Under the pieces are notes generated by a model. That model ran no database searches. It had not been told where the DNA came from and worked only from the letters and a program-made list of their open reading frames with translations. Below, piece after piece: positions 12,601-27,600 of a DNA stretch of 64,000 bases. Position 1 is the first letter of the stretch, and each line of letters begins with the position of its first letter. The translations under genes and the position numbers were made by a program. The stretch lies in contig NW_027141363.1 in the NCBI RefSeq assembly GCF_036365525.1, forward strand, positions 186,001-250,000, read 5' to 3'. Origin of the DNA: Heterodontus francisci (taxonomy: Eukaryota).

Positions 12601-15600
12601 ACTGAGGGGAGTGTGATACAGTGACTGAGGGGATGGGACACAGTGACTGAGGGGAGTGTGATGCAGCGACTGAGGAGAGTGTGATACAGCGACTGAGGGG
12701 CGTGTGATTCAGTGACTGAGGGGAGTGTGGAACAGTGACTGAGAGGAGTGTGATACATTGACTGAGGGGAGTGCGATACAGTGACTGAGGGGAGTGGGAT
12801 CGGGCGACTGAGATGACTGTGATACAGTGACTGAGATGAGTGTGATGCAGTGACTGAGGGGAGTGTGATAGAGACAGAGGGGAGTGTGACGCCGTGACTG
12901 AGGGGAGTTTGACACAATAATGTAGTGAACAGATGGAAGATTATGGTTTTATAAAGATTGATATCTGACATTCTCCTGACACTAGTACCATCCTTTTGAC
13001 CTGTTGTGTGTTTCTCCGTGTCTCACTCTGCAATGTCTCCCTCCCTTTATTACAGAACCCGTGACTTACGAAACTCAAGAATCCGAGGAACAATCGACTG
13101 CAGAATCCACTGAGGGGCCCTCCTGTATCCCAGCGGGCTCTGGAAGCTCAGGTATCTGCCTTGTGGGGTTATCATCGCAGAATCATGGAATCATAAACCG
13201 GTTACAGCACAGAAAGATGCCGTTCAGACAATCGTCACCGTGCCAGCTCTCTGCCTGAGCAACTCAACTGCTCCCACTCCCGCTCCCACTCCCACTCCCA
13301 CTCATTTCCCCATCTCCCTGCAGATTGTTTCTCCTATGATAATTATCCAATTCCCTTTTGAAAGCCTCAATTGAACCTGCCTCCAGCACACTCTCAGGCA
13401 GTGCATTCCAGACCCTAACCACTCGCTGTGTGAAAAGATTTTCCTGACTCTGTTGCTACTTTTACCACTCACTTAAAGCCAGTGCCTTCTGGTTCTGGAT
13501 TCTCCCACCAATCGGAACAATTTCTCCCTGTCTACTCTGTCCACATCCCTCGTGATTTTGAACATCTCGGTCAAAACACCTCTTAATCTTCTCTTCTCCA
13601 GGGACAAGAGCCCCAGTTTCTCCAATGTATCCATGTAACTGACGTCCCTCATCCCAGGAACCATTCTCGTAAATCATTTCCGCACCCTCTCGAATACCTT
13701 CACAGCCTTCCTAAGTATTAACCGCTCTCTCGACCTGTCTTGCCACCTTCAATGATTTGTGCACACGTCCGCCCAGGTCCCTCTGCCCCTGCACCCCCTT
13801 TGCAATTGTATCCTTTATTTTCTATTGCCTCTCCTCGTTCGTCCGACCAAAATGAATCACTTCACAATTCTCTGCGTTAAGTTTCATCTGCCACTGTCTG
13901 CCAATCCCACCAGCCTGTCTATAACCCCCTGACGTCTATCACTATCCTCCTCACAGTTTACAATACTTCCAGGTTTTGTGTCATCTGCAAATTTTGAAAT
14001 TGTGGCATGTACACCCCAGTCTATGTCATTAATATACATCAGGGAAAACAGGGGTCCGAGCAATATTACAGAGCAAAACACAGATGTACAGAGAATTAGG
14101 AGGGACAGATAACACTGGAGTAGAAAAGAGTAACGTATTAGACAGGGACAGTGTAAGAGGGAAGGTGATGAGCTGTAAATTCAGTTCAATGTGTGTGTAT
14201 ATGAGAATGCAATGAGAGTGGTAAAAAAGGTTGTTGAGCTGCAGGCGCAGATAGCCGTGTGGAAATATGCTGTTCTGGCAATAACAGAGTCCTGGCTCTA
14301 AGAGGGGCAGGACCTGGTAGTGAATATTCCTGACTACAAGGTGCTCAGGAAAGGGAGGGATGGAAGGAAAGGAGGAGGGGTATCAGTATTGATAAAGAGG
14401 AACATTACAGTGCTGGAAAGAGATGATGTCGGAGAGGAACCAAGGATAGAATCCATCAGATTAGAATGAAACAACGAAAGAAATACCATTACCTTTCTGG
14501 GTGTATTCTATAGGCCAACAAGTAGTGGGAAAGATATAGAGGAACAGATTTGCATGGAGCAACCAAGAAGTGCAAGAGTTAAAGTGTAGATATATCGTTG
14601 GGCTTTAGTTATCTGAATATAGACTGGGATAGTAATAGTGTAAAGGGCAGAGAGGGACAAGAATTTCTAGAGTGTGTCCAGAAGTATTCCCTCCGTCAGT
14701 TTGTTTCCAGTCCAACGAGGAAGGAGGCATTACTGGATCTGGTTCTGGGAAATGTGGTTGGATAAGTGAATTATGGGTCAGTCGGGGAACATTTAGGGGA
14801 CAGTGACCATCATATCATGTGGTTTAGGTTGGCAATGGAAAAGGATAATGAGAAATCCGGAGGAAAGATAATTCATTGAGGGAGAACCAATCTCAGTAGA
14901 GTGAGAACAGATCTGACCCAAATAAACTGGAATCATATTATAGACACACATAGTGTGATACCTGACGTGCTCAGTCTCAGTGACCCATCCAGTCTCTTAC
15001 TGATGGAGTGTGGGGAAATGACAGAGGGCAGTGGGATATAATGACCGAGGGGAGTGGGATGTACTGTCTCAGGGGTGAAGGATGTAATACTGAGGGGAGA
15101 GGGATATAGTGACTGTGGGCAGTGGGATATAGTGAGTGAGGGGAGAGGGATGCAGTGACTGAGGGGAATGGGACATCGTGACTGAGGGGAGTTGGATATA
15201 GTGACTGTGGGCAGTGGGACATAGTGATTGAGGGTACTGTGATAAAGTGACTGAGGGGAGTATGATACAGTCACTGAGGGGAGTGGGATGCTGCGACTGA
15301 GGACTGTTTGATAGTGTGACTATGGGGAGTGGGATACAGTGACTGAGAGGAGTGTGAAACAGTGACTGAGAGAGTGTGATGCAGTGACTGAGGGGCGTGT
15401 GATGCAGTGACTGAGGGGAGTGTAATACAGCGACTGAGGAGAGTCTGATACAGCGACTGAGGGGAGTGAGATACAGCGACTGGCGTGTGTGTGATACAGT
15501 GACTGAGGTGAGTGTGATACAGTGAGTGAGGGGAGTGTGATATAGGGACTGAGGTGATTGTGATAGAGTGACTGAGGGGAATGTGATACAGTGACTGAGG

Positions 15601-18600
15601 GGAGTGTGATATAGTGACTGAGGTGAGTGTGATGCAGTGACTGAGGGGAGCGTGACGCCGTGACTGAGGGGAGTGTGACACAGTAATGTATTGAACAGGA
15701 TGGAAGATTATGGATTTGTAAAGATTGTTATCTGTCATTCTCCTGACACGAGCACCATCCTGTTGACCTGATGGGTGTTTCTCCATGTCTCACTTGGCAA
15801 TGTCTCCCTCCCTTTATGACAGAACCCGTGACTTCCCAAACTCAGGAATCCGAGGAACAATCGACTAGAGAATCTACTGAGGTTTCATCCTCCACCCCAG
15901 CGGGCTCTGGAAGCTCAGGTACCTGCCTTGTGGGGTCATCATTGCAGAATCATGGAATCAGAGACTGGTTACAGCACAGAAAGAGCCTGTTGAGCCCATC
16001 GTCACTGTGACAGCTCGATGCCTGTGCAACTAACCTACTCCCACTCCTGCTATTTCCCCGTCGCACTGCAGATTGTTTCGCCAATGACAATTTTCCAATT
16101 TCCTTTTGAAAGCCTCAATTGAACCTACCTCCAGCACACTGTCAGGCAGTGCATTTCAGATCCTAACCACACGCTGTGTGAAAAGGTTTTACTGTCTCTG
16201 TTGTAATTTTTACCACTCACCTAAAACCGGTGCCCTCTAGTTCTGGATCCTCCCACCAATGGGACTTAGGGCTGTGGGATATAGTGAGTGAGGGGAGAGG
16301 GATGTAGTGACTGAGGGGAGTGGGACATAGTGACTTAGGGTAGTGGGATATAGTGAGTGAGGGGAGAAGGATGTAGTGACTGAGGGGAGTGGGACATAGT
16401 GACTGAGGGGAGTGGGATGTAGTTACTGAGGGCAGTAGGACATAGTGATTGAGGGCAGTGGGAAATAGTCATCGAGGTGTGCGGAACATAGTGACTGAGG
16501 GCAGTGGAATATAATGAATGAGGACAGTGGGACATATTGTCTGAGGGCAGAGGGATATAGTCATTGTGGGGAGTGGGATATAGTCATTGGGGGCAGTGGG
16601 ACATAGTCACTGAGGGCAGTGGGACATAGTGACTGAGGTCAGTGGGATATAGTCATTGAGGGGAGTGGGATATAGTCATTGAGGGCAGTGGGACATAGTC
16701 ACTGAGGTGAGTGTGATATAGTGACTGATGGGATAGGTATGCAGTGATTGAGGGCAGTGGGATATAGTGACTGAGGGCAGTGGTATGTATTCACTGCACG
16801 GAGTGGGATGTGGTAGCTGCGGAGAGTGGGATGCAGTGACTGAGGTGAGTGGGATACAGTGACTGAGGGGAGTGGGATACAGCGACTGAGGGTAGTATGA
16901 TACAGTGACTGAGGGGAGTGTGACACAGTGTCTGAGGGGAGTATGATACAGTCACTGAGGGGAGTGTGATGCAGCGACTGAGGGTAGTGTGATCCAGTGA
17001 CAGAGGGAGTGTGAAACAGTGACAGAGGGGAGTGTGATGCAGTGACTGAGGGGAGTGTGATGGAGACTGAGGGGAGCGTGACGCCGTGACTGAGGGGAGT
17101 GTGACATAGTAATGTAGTGAACAGGATGGAAGATAATGGTTTTATAAAGATTGTTATCTGTCATTCTCCTCACACGAGCACCATCCTGTTGACCTGATGT
17201 GTTTTTCTCCATGTCTCACTTTGCAATGTCTCCCTCCATTTATAACAGAACCCGTGACTTCCAAAACTCAGGAATCCGAGGAACAATCGACCAGAGAATC
17301 TACTGAGGTTTCATCCTCCACCCCAGCGGGCTCCGGAAGCTCAGGTACCTGTCTTGTGGGGTCATCATCGCAGAATCATGGTATCAGAGACTGGTTACAG
17401 CACAGGAAGAGGCCATTGAGCCCATCGTCACCGTGACAGCTCTATGCCTGTGCAACTCACCTACTGCCACTCGGGCCATTTCCCCGTCGCACTGCAGATT
17501 GTTTCTCCTATGACAATTTTCCAATTCTCTTTTGAAAGCCTCAATTAAACCTGCCTCCAGCACACTCTCAGGCAGTGCATTTCAGATCCTAACCACACGC
17601 TGTGTGAAAAGATTTTCCTGTCTCTGTTGTGACATTTACCACTAACCTAAAACCGGTGCCCTCCAGTTCTGGATCCTCGCACCAATGGGACTCAGGGGAG
17701 TGGGACATAGTTACTGAGGGGAGAGGGATGCATTGACTGAGGGGAGAAGGTTGCACTGACCGAGGGGAGTGGGATATAGTGACTGAGGGAAGTGGGACAT
17801 AGTGACTGAGGGCAGTGGGATATAGTGAGTGAGGGGAGAGTGATGTAGTGACTGAGGGAAGTGGGACATAGTGACTGAGGGGAGTGGGATGTAGTGACTG
17901 AGGGAAGTTGGACATAGTGATTGAGGGCAGTGGGATGTAGTGACTGAGGGGAGTGAGACATAGTGAATGAGGGGAGAGGGATATAGTGACTGTGGGGAGT
18001 GGGACAAAGTGACTGAGGGGTGTGGGATATAGTTATTGAGGGCAGTAGGACATAGTGATTGAGCGCAGTGGGATATAGTCAGTGAGGGGCGAGGGATATA
18101 GTGACTGAGGGGAGTGGGACATAGTGACTGAGGACAGTGGGACATAGTGACTGAGGGCTGTGGGATATAGTGACTGAGGGGATTGGGATATAGTCATTCA
18201 GGGCAGTGGGACACAGTGACTGAGTGCAATGGTACATAGTGACTGAGGGCAGAGGGACATAGTGACTGAGGTGAGTGGGACATAGTCACTGAGGTGAGTG
18301 GGATATAGTCATTGAGGACAGTGGGACATAGTGACTGAGGGCAGTGGGATACAGTGAGTGAGGGGAGAGGGATATAGTGACTGTGGGGAGTGGGACAAAG
18401 TGACTGAGGGGAGTTGGATTTAGTTACTGAGGGCAGTAGGACATAGTGATTGCGCGCAGTGGGATATAGTCATTGAGGGGCGAGGGATATAGTGACTGAG
18501 GGGAGTGGGATATAGTCATTGAGGGCAGTGGGACACAGTGACTGAGGGCAATGGTACATAGTGACTGAGGGCAGTGGGACATCGTGACTGAGGTGAGTGG

Positions 18601-21600
18601 GACATAGTCACTGAGGTGAGTGGGATATAGTCATTGAGGACAGTGGGACATAGTGACTGAGGGCAGTGGGACATAGTGACTGAGGGAAGTGTGATATAGT
18701 GACTGAGGGCATTAGGACATAGTGACTGAGGGGAGTGGGATATAGTCATTGAGGGCAGTGGGACATAGTGACTGAAGGCAGTGGGATATAGTGACTGAGG
18801 GCTGTGGGACATAGTGATTGAGGGGAGTGGGACACAGTCACTGAGGTGAGTGGGATATAGTGACTGATGGGAGAGGGATGCAGTGATTGAGGGCAGTGGG
18901 ATGTAGTAACTGAGCGGAGTGGGACGTAGTGACTGAGGGCCGTGGGATATAGTGACTTAGGGCAGTGGGATGCATTGACTTTGCGGAGTGGGATGTGGTA
19001 ACTGCGGAGAGTGGGATGTAGTGACTGAGGTGAGTGGGATACAGTGACTGAGGGGAGTGGGATACAGAGACTGAGGGTAGTATGATACAGTGTCTGAGGG
19101 GAGTGGGATACAGCAACTGAGGGGAGTGTGATACAGTCACTGAGGGTAGTGTGATACAGTGTCTGAGGGGAGTATGAAACAGTCACTGAGGGGAGTGTGA
19201 TGCAGCGACTGAGGGTAGTGTGATACAGTGTCTGAGGGGAACTTGACACAGTGACAGAGGGTAGTGTGATGCAGTGACAGAGGGAGTGTGATACAGTGAC
19301 AGAGGGGAGTGTGATACAGTGAGTGAGGGGAGTGTGATACAGTGACTGAGGGGAATGTGATACAGTGACTGAGGGGAGTGTGATACAATGACAGAGGAAG
19401 TGTGATACAGTGACAGAGTGGAGTCTGACACAGTGAGTGAGGGGAGTGTGATACAGTGACTGAGGGGTGTGTGATGCAGTACAGAGGGAAGTGTGATACT
19501 GTGACTGAGCGAGTGTGACACAGTGACTGAGGGGAGTGTGATACAGTGTCTGAGGGGAGTGTGATGCAGTGTCTGAGGGGAGTGCGATACAGTGACTGAG
19601 GGGAATGTGATACATGACTGAGGGGAGTGTGATACAGAGTCTGAGGGGAGTATGAAACAGTCACTGAGGGGAGTGTGATGCAGCGACTGAGGGTAGTATG
19701 ATACAGTGTCTGAGGGGAACTTGTTACAGTGACTGAGGTTAGTGTGATGCAGTGACAGAGAGAGTGTGATACAGTGAGTGAGGGGAGTGTGATACAGTGA
19801 CTGAGGGGAGTGTGATACAATGACAGAGGAAGTGTGATACAGTGACAGAGTGGAGTCTGACACAGTGAGTGAGGGGAGCGTGATACAGTGACTAAGGGGA
19901 GTGTGATGCAGTGACAGAGGGAAGTGTGATACTGTGACTGAGCGAGTGTGACACAGTGACTGAGGGGAGTGTGATGGAGTGACTCAAGGACTGTGATACA
20001 GTGTCTGAGGGGAGTAGGATACGGTCACTGAGGGGAGTGGGATGCAGCGACTGAGTGTACTGTGACACCGTGAGTGAGGGGAGTATGATACAGTCACTGA
20101 GGGGAGTGGGATGCAGCGAATGAGGGTAGTGTGATCGAGTGACTGTGGGGAGTGGAATACATTGACTGAGAGGAATGTGATATAGTGACTGAGGGAAGTG
20201 TGATACAGTGACTGAGAGAGTGTGATGCAGTGACTGAGGGGAGTGTGATGCAGTGACTGAGGTGAGTGTGATACAGTGACTGAGGTGAGTGGGATACAGT
20301 GAGTGAGGGGAGTATGATATAGTGACTGAGGTGAGTGTGATGCAGTGACCGCTGGGAGTGTGATGCAGTGACTGCTGGGAGTGTGATACAGTGACTGAGG
20401 GGAGTGTGACGCAGTAATGTAGTGAACAGGATGGAAGATAATGGTTTTATAAAGATTGTTATCTGTCATTCTCCTGACACGAGCACCATCCTGTTGACCT
20501 GATGTGTTTTTCTCCATGTCTCACTTTGCAATATCTCCCTCCCTTCAATGCAGAACCCGTGACTTCCCAAACTCAGGAATCCGAGGAACAATCAACTAGA
20601 GAATCTACTGAGGTTTCATCCTCCACCCCAGCGGGCTCTGGAAGCTCAGGTACCTGTCATGTGGGGTCATCATCGCAGAATCATGGTATCGGAGACTGGT
20701 TACAGAACAGGAAGAGGCCATTGAGCCCATCGTCACCTTGACAGCTCTATGCCTGTGCAACTCATCTACTCCCACTCCTGCAATTTCCCCGTCGCTCTGC
20801 AGATTATTTCTCCAATGACAATTTTCCAATTCCCTTTTGAAAGCCTCAATTGAACCTGCCTCCAGCACACTCTCAGGAAGTGCATTTCAGATCCTAACCA
20901 CTCGCTGTGTGAAAAGGTTTTCCTGTCTCTGTTGTGACTTTTACCACTCACCTAAAACCGGTGCCTTCCAGTTCTGGATCCTCCCACCAATGGGACTTAG
21001 GGGAGTGGGGCATAGTTAGTGGGGGAGAGGGATGTAGTGACTGAGGGGAGAAGGTTGCACTGACCGAGGTGAGTGGGATATAGTGACTGAGGGCAGTGGG
21101 GCATAGTGACTGAGGGCAGTGGGATATAGTGAGTGAGGGGAGAGGGATGTAGTGACTGAGGGGAGTGGGACAGAGTGACTTAGGGTAGTGGGTTATAGTG
21201 AGTGAGGGGAGAGTGATGTAGTGACTGAGGGGAGTGGGACATAGTGACTGAGGGGAGTGGGATGTAGTTACTGAGGGCAGTTGGACATAGTGATTGAGGG
21301 CAGTGGGATGTCGTGACTGAGGGGAGTGAGACATAGTGAATGAGGGGAGTGGGATATAGTGAGTGAGGGGAGAGGGATATAGTGACTGAGGGGAGTGGGA
21401 TATAGTTACTGAGGGCAGTAGGACATAGTGATTGAGGGCAGTGGGATATAGTCATCGAGGGGTGCGGAACATAGTGACTGAGGGGAGTGGGATATAGTCA
21501 TTCAGGGGAGTGGGATATAGTCATTGTGGGCAGTGGGACATAGTGACTGAGGGCAGTGGGACATAGTCACTGAGGTGAGTGGGATATAGTGACTGATGGG

Positions 21601-24600
21601 ATATGGATGCAGTGATTGAGGGCAGTGGGAGATAGTCACTGAGCAGAGTGGGTCGTTGTGACTGAGGGCAGTGGGTTATAGTGACTGAGGGCAGTGGTAT
21701 GTATTCACTGTGCAGAGTGGGATGTGGTAACTGCAGAGTGTGGGATGCAGTGACTGAGGTGAGTGGGATACAGTGACTGAGGTGAGTGTGATACAGTGAC
21801 TGAGGGCAGTGGGATACAGTGACTGAGAGGAGTTGATACAGTGACTGAGATATTGTGATGCAGTGACTGAGGTGAGTGTGATGCAGTGACTGCTGGGAGT
21901 GTGATACAGTGACTGAGGGCAGTGGGATACAGTGACTGAGAGGAGTTGATACAGTGACTGAGATATTGTGATGCAGTGACTGAGGTGAGTGTGATGCAGT
22001 GACTGCTGGGAGTGTGATACAGTGACTGAGGGGTGTGTGACGCAGTAATGTCGTGAACAGGATGGAAGATAATGGTTTTATAAAGATTGTTATCTGTCAT
22101 TCTCCGGACACGAGCACCATCCTGTTGACCTGATGTGTTTTTCTCCATGTCTCACTTTGCAATGTCTCCCTCCCTTTAATACAGAACCCGTGACTTCCCA
22201 AACGCAGGAATCCGAGGAACAATCGACTAGCGAATCTACTGAGGTTTCATCCTCCACCCCAGCGGTCTCTGGAAGCTCAGGTACCTGCCTTGTGGTGTTA
22301 TCATCGCAGAATCATGGAATCAGAGACTGGTTACAACACAGAAAGAGGCCATTGAGCCCATCGTCACTGTGACAGCTGTATGCCTGTGCAACGCACCTAC
22401 TCCCAGTCCTGCCAATTCCCCATCTCCCAGCAGATTGATTCTCCGATGACAATTTTCCAATTCCCTTTTGAAGGCCTCAATTGAACCTGCCTCCAGCACA
22501 CTCTCAGGCAGTGCATTTCAGATCCTAACCACTCTCTGTGTGAAAAGATTTTCCTGTCTCTGTTGTGACTTACATCACTCACCTAAAACCGGTGCCCTCT
22601 AGTTCTGGATCCTCCCACCAATGGGACTGAGGGGAGTGGGACATAGTTACTGAGGGGAGAGTGATGCAGTGACTGAGGGGAGAAGGTTGCACTGACCGAG
22701 GGGAGTGGGATATAGTGACTGAGGGCAGTGGGACATAGTGACTGAGGGTAGTGTGATACAATGACAGAGGAAGTGTGATACAGTGACAGAGGGGAGTGTG
22801 ATACAGTGTGTGAGGGGGGTGTGATACAGTGACTGAGGGGAGTATGATACAGTGACTGAGGGGAGTGTGATGCAGTGAGTAAGGGATTGTGATACAGTGA
22901 CTGAGGGGATAGCGATACAGTTACGGAGGGAGTGTGATACACTGACTGAGGGGAGAGGGATACAGTGACTGAAGGGAGTGTGATACAGTGACTGAGGGGT
23001 GTGGGATGCAGTGACTGAGGGGAGTAGGATACAGTCACTGTGGGGAGTGGGATGCAGCGACTGAGGGTAGTGTGATACGGTGACTGAGGGGAGTGTGATG
23101 CAGTGACTGAGGGGAGTGAGATACACTGACTGAGGGGAGTGGGATACAGTGACTGAAGGGAGTGTGATCCAGTGACTGAGGGGTGGGGCATGCAGTGACT
23201 GAGGGGAGTAGGATACAGTCACTGAGGGGAGTGGGATGCAGCGACTGAGTGTAGTGTGATACAGTGACTGAGGGGAGTATGATACATTCACTGAGGAGAC
23301 TGGAATGCAGCGACTGAGTGCACTGTGATAGAGTGACTGAGGGGTGTGGGATGCAGTGACTGAGAGAGTGTGATGCAGTGACAGAGGGAAGTGGGATACA
23401 GTGACTGAGAGACTGTGATACAGTGACTGAGAGAGTGTTACACAGTGACAGAGGGAAGTGGGATACAGTGACTGAGGGGTGTGTGATACTGTGACAGCGG
23501 GGAGTGCGATACAGTGACTGAGGGAGTGTGATACGGTGACTGGGGGAGAGTGCTACAGTGAGTGATGGGTGTGTGATACAGTGACTGAGGGGAGCATGAT
23601 ACAGTGACTGAGGGGAGTGTGATACAGTGACTCAGGGAGCGTGATACAGTGACTGAGGGGAGTGTGATACAGTTTCGGAGGGGCGTGTGATACACTGACT
23701 GAGGGGAGTGGGATACAGTGACTGAAGGGAGTGCGATATAGTAACTGAGGGTAGTATGATACAGTGACTGAGGGGAGTGTGATACAGTGACTGAGGGGAT
23801 AGCGATACAGTGACTGAAGGGAGTGTGATACAGTGACTGAGGGGTGTGGGATGCAGTGACTGAGGGTAGTGTGATACGGTGACTGAGGGGAGTGTGATGC
23901 AGTGACTGAGGGGAGTGTGATAAACTGACTGAGGGGAATGGGATACAGTGACTGAAGTGAGTGTGATACAGTGACTGAGGGGTGTGGGATGCAGTGACTG
24001 AGGGGAGTAGGATACAGTCACTGAGGGGAGTGGGATGGAGCGACTGAGGGGAGTGTGTTCCAGTGACTGAGGGGAGTTGGATACAGTCACTGAAGAGACT
24101 GGAATGCAGCGACTGAGTGGAGTGTGATAGAGTGACTGAGGGGAGTGGGATACGGTGATTGAGAGAGTGTGATACAGTGACAGAGGGAAGTGGGATACAG
24201 TGACTGAGAGAGTGTGATACAGTGACTGAGAGAGTGTGACACAGTGACAGAGGGAAGTGGGATACAGTTACTGAATGTGTGGGATACAGTGACTGAGGGG
24301 ATTGTGATACTGTGACAGCGGGGAGTGTGATACAGTGACTGAGAGAGTGTGATACGGTGACTGGGGTAGAGTGATACAGTGACTGTGGGGAGTGTGATAC
24401 ACTGTCTGAGGAGAGTGGGATGCAGTGCCTGAGGGGTGTAGGATACAGTGAACTGAAGGGAGTGTGATCCAGTGACTGGAGGAGTGTGATACAGTGACTG
24501 AGGGGAGTGTGATACAGTGTCTGAGGGTAGTATGATACAGTCACTGAGGGGAGTGCGATGCAGCGACTGAGGGTAGTGTGATACAGTGTCTGAGGGGGAT

Positions 24601-27600
24601 GTGATACAGTGACAGAGGGTAGAGTGATACAATGACAGAGGAAGAGTGATACAGTGACAGAGGGGAGTGTGATCCAGTGGGTGAGGGGAGTGTGATGCAG
24701 TGACTAAGGGGAGCATTATACAGTCACTGAGGGGAGTGTGATACAGTGACTCCGGGAGTGTGATACAGTGATTGAGGGCAGTGCGATAAAGTTACGGAGG
24801 GGAGTGTTATACACTGACTGAGGGGATTGGGATACAGTGACTGAAGGGAGTGTGATACAGTGACTGGAGGAGTGTGACACAGTGACTGAGGGGAGTGTGA
24901 TACAGTGTCTGAGGGTAGTATGATACAGTCACTGAGGGGAGTGCGATGCAGCGACTGAGGGTAGTGTGATACAGTGTCTGAGGGGGATGTGATACAGTGA
25001 CAGAGGGTAGAGTGATACAATGACAGAGGAAGAGTGATACAGTGACAGAGGGGAGTGTGATACAGTGGGTGAGGGGAGTGTGATGCAGTGACTAAGGGGA
25101 GCATTATACAGTGACTGAGGGGAGTGTGATACAGTGACTCCGGGAGTGTGATACAGTGATTGAGGGGAGTGCGATAAAGTTACGGAGGGGAGTGTTATAC
25201 ACTGACTGAGGGGATTGGGATACAGTGACTGAAGGGAGTGTGATCCAGTGACTGGAGGAGTGTGATACAGTGACTGAGGGGAGTGTGATACAGTGTCTGA
25301 GGGTAGTATGATACAGTCACTGAGGGGAGTGCGATGCAGCGACTGAGGGTAGTGTGATGCAGTGTCTGAGGGGGATGTGATACAGTGACAGAGGGTACAG
25401 TGATACAATGACAGAGGAAGAGTGATACAGTGACAGAGGGGAGTGTGATACAGTGGGTGAGGGGAGTGTGATGCAGTGACTAAGGGGAGCATTATACAGT
25501 GACTGAGGGGAGTGTGATACAGTGACTCCGGGAGTGTGATACAGTGATTGAGGGGAGTGCGATAAAGTTACGGAGTGGAGTGTTATACACTAACTGAGGG
25601 GATAGGGATACAGTGACTGAAGGGAGTGTGATACAGTGACTGAGGGCTGTGGGATGCAGTGACTGAGGGGAGTAGGATACAGACACTGAGGGTTTGGGAT
25701 GCAGCGACTGAGGGTAGTGTGATACAGTGACTGAGGGGAGTGTGATACAGTCACTGAGGAGAGGGGAATGCAGCGACTGAGGGGAGTGGCATACAGTGAC
25801 TGAAGGGAGTGTGATACAGTGACTGAAGGGTGTGGGATGCAGTGACTGAGGGGAGTAGGAAACAGTCACTGAGGGGAGTGGGATGCAGCCACTGAGGGTA
25901 GTGTGTTACAGTGACTGAGGGGAGTATGATACAGTCACTGAGGAGAGTGGAATGCAGCGACTGAGGGGAGTGTGATAGAGTGACTGAGGGGAGTGTGATA
26001 CAGTGACTAAGGGGAGCATTATACAGTGGCTGAGAGAGTGTGATACGGTGACTGGGGGAGAGTGATACAGTGACTGTGGGGAGTGTGATACGCTGTCTGA
26101 GGAGAGTGGGATGCAGTGACTGAGGGGAGTGTGATGCAGTGTCTGAGTGGTGTAGGATACAGTGAACTGAAGGGAGTGTGATACAGTGACTGAGGGGAGT
26201 GTGATACAGTGTCTGAGGGTAGTATGATACAGTCACTGAGGGGAGTGCGATGCAGCTACTGAGGGTAGTGTGATACAGTGTCTGAGGGAGATGTGATACA
26301 GTGACAGAGGGGAGAGTGATACAATGACAGAGGAAGAGTGATACAGTGACAGAGGGGAGTGTGATACAATGGGTGAGGGGAGTGTGATACAGTGACTAAG
26401 GGGAGAATTATACAGTGACTGAGGGGAGTGTGATACAGTGACTCAGGGAGTGTGATACAGTGATTGAGTGGAGTGCGATAAAGTTACGGAGGGTAGTGTT
26501 ATACACTGTCTGAGGGGATTGGGATACAGTGACCGAAGGGAGTGTGATTCAGAGACTGAGGGGTGTGGGATGCAGTGACTGAGGGTAGTAGGATACAGTC
26601 ACTGAGGGGAGTGGGATGCAGCGACTGAGGGTAGTGTGATGCAGTGACTGAGGGGAGTATGATACAGTCACTGAGGAGAGGGGAATGCAGCGACTGAGGG
26701 GAGTGGGATACAGTGACTGAAGGGAGTGTGATACAGTGACTGAGGGGTGTGGGATGCAGTGACTGAGGGGAGTAGGAAACAGTCACTGAGGGGAGTGGGA
26801 TGCAGCCACTGAGGGTAGTGTGTTACAGTAACTGAGGGGAGTATGATACAGTCACTGAGGAGAGTGGAATGCAGCGACTGAGGGGAGTGTGATACAGTGT
26901 CTGAGGGGGATGTGATACAGTGACAGACGGTAGAGTGATACAATGACAGAGGAAGAGTGATACAGTGACAGAGGGGAGTGTGATACAGTGATTGAGGGGA
27001 GTGTGATAAAGTTACGGAGGGGAGTGTTATACACTGACTGAGGGGATTGGGATACAGTGACTGAAGGGAGTGTGATCCAGTGACTGGAGGAGTGTGATAC
27101 AGTGACTGAGGGGAGTGTGATACAGTGTCTGAGGGTAGTATGATACAGTCACTGAGGGGAGTGCGATGCAGCGACTGAGGGTAGTGTGATGCAGTGTCTG
27201 AGGGGGATGTGATACAGTGACAGAGGGTAGAGTGATACAATGACAGAGGAAGAGTGATACAGTGACAGAGGGGAGTGTGATACAGTGGGTGAGGGGAGTG
27301 TGATGCAGTGACTAAGGGGAGCATTATACAGTGACTGAGGGGAGTGTGATACAGTGACTCAGGGAGTGTGATACAGTGATTGAGTGGAGTGCGATAAAGT
27401 TACGGAGGGTAGTGTTATACACTGTCTGAGGGGATTGGGATACAGTGACCGAAGGGAGTGTGATTCAGAGACTGAGGGGTGTGGGATGCAGTGACTGAGG
27501 GTAGTAGGATACAGTCACTGAGGGGAGTGGGATGCAGCGACTGAGGGTAGTGTGATGCAGTGACTGAGGGGAGTATGATACAGTCACTGAGGAGAGGGGA

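Larger units (their letters stand above)
15000..22045 (+). repeat. 23-bp minisatellite blocks (~15000-15685, 16263-17110, 17690-20415, 20995-22045) alternating with exon + short CR1-remnant cassettes
   Basis: Tandem units between duplicated ~580-bp cassettes. Confidence 0.9.
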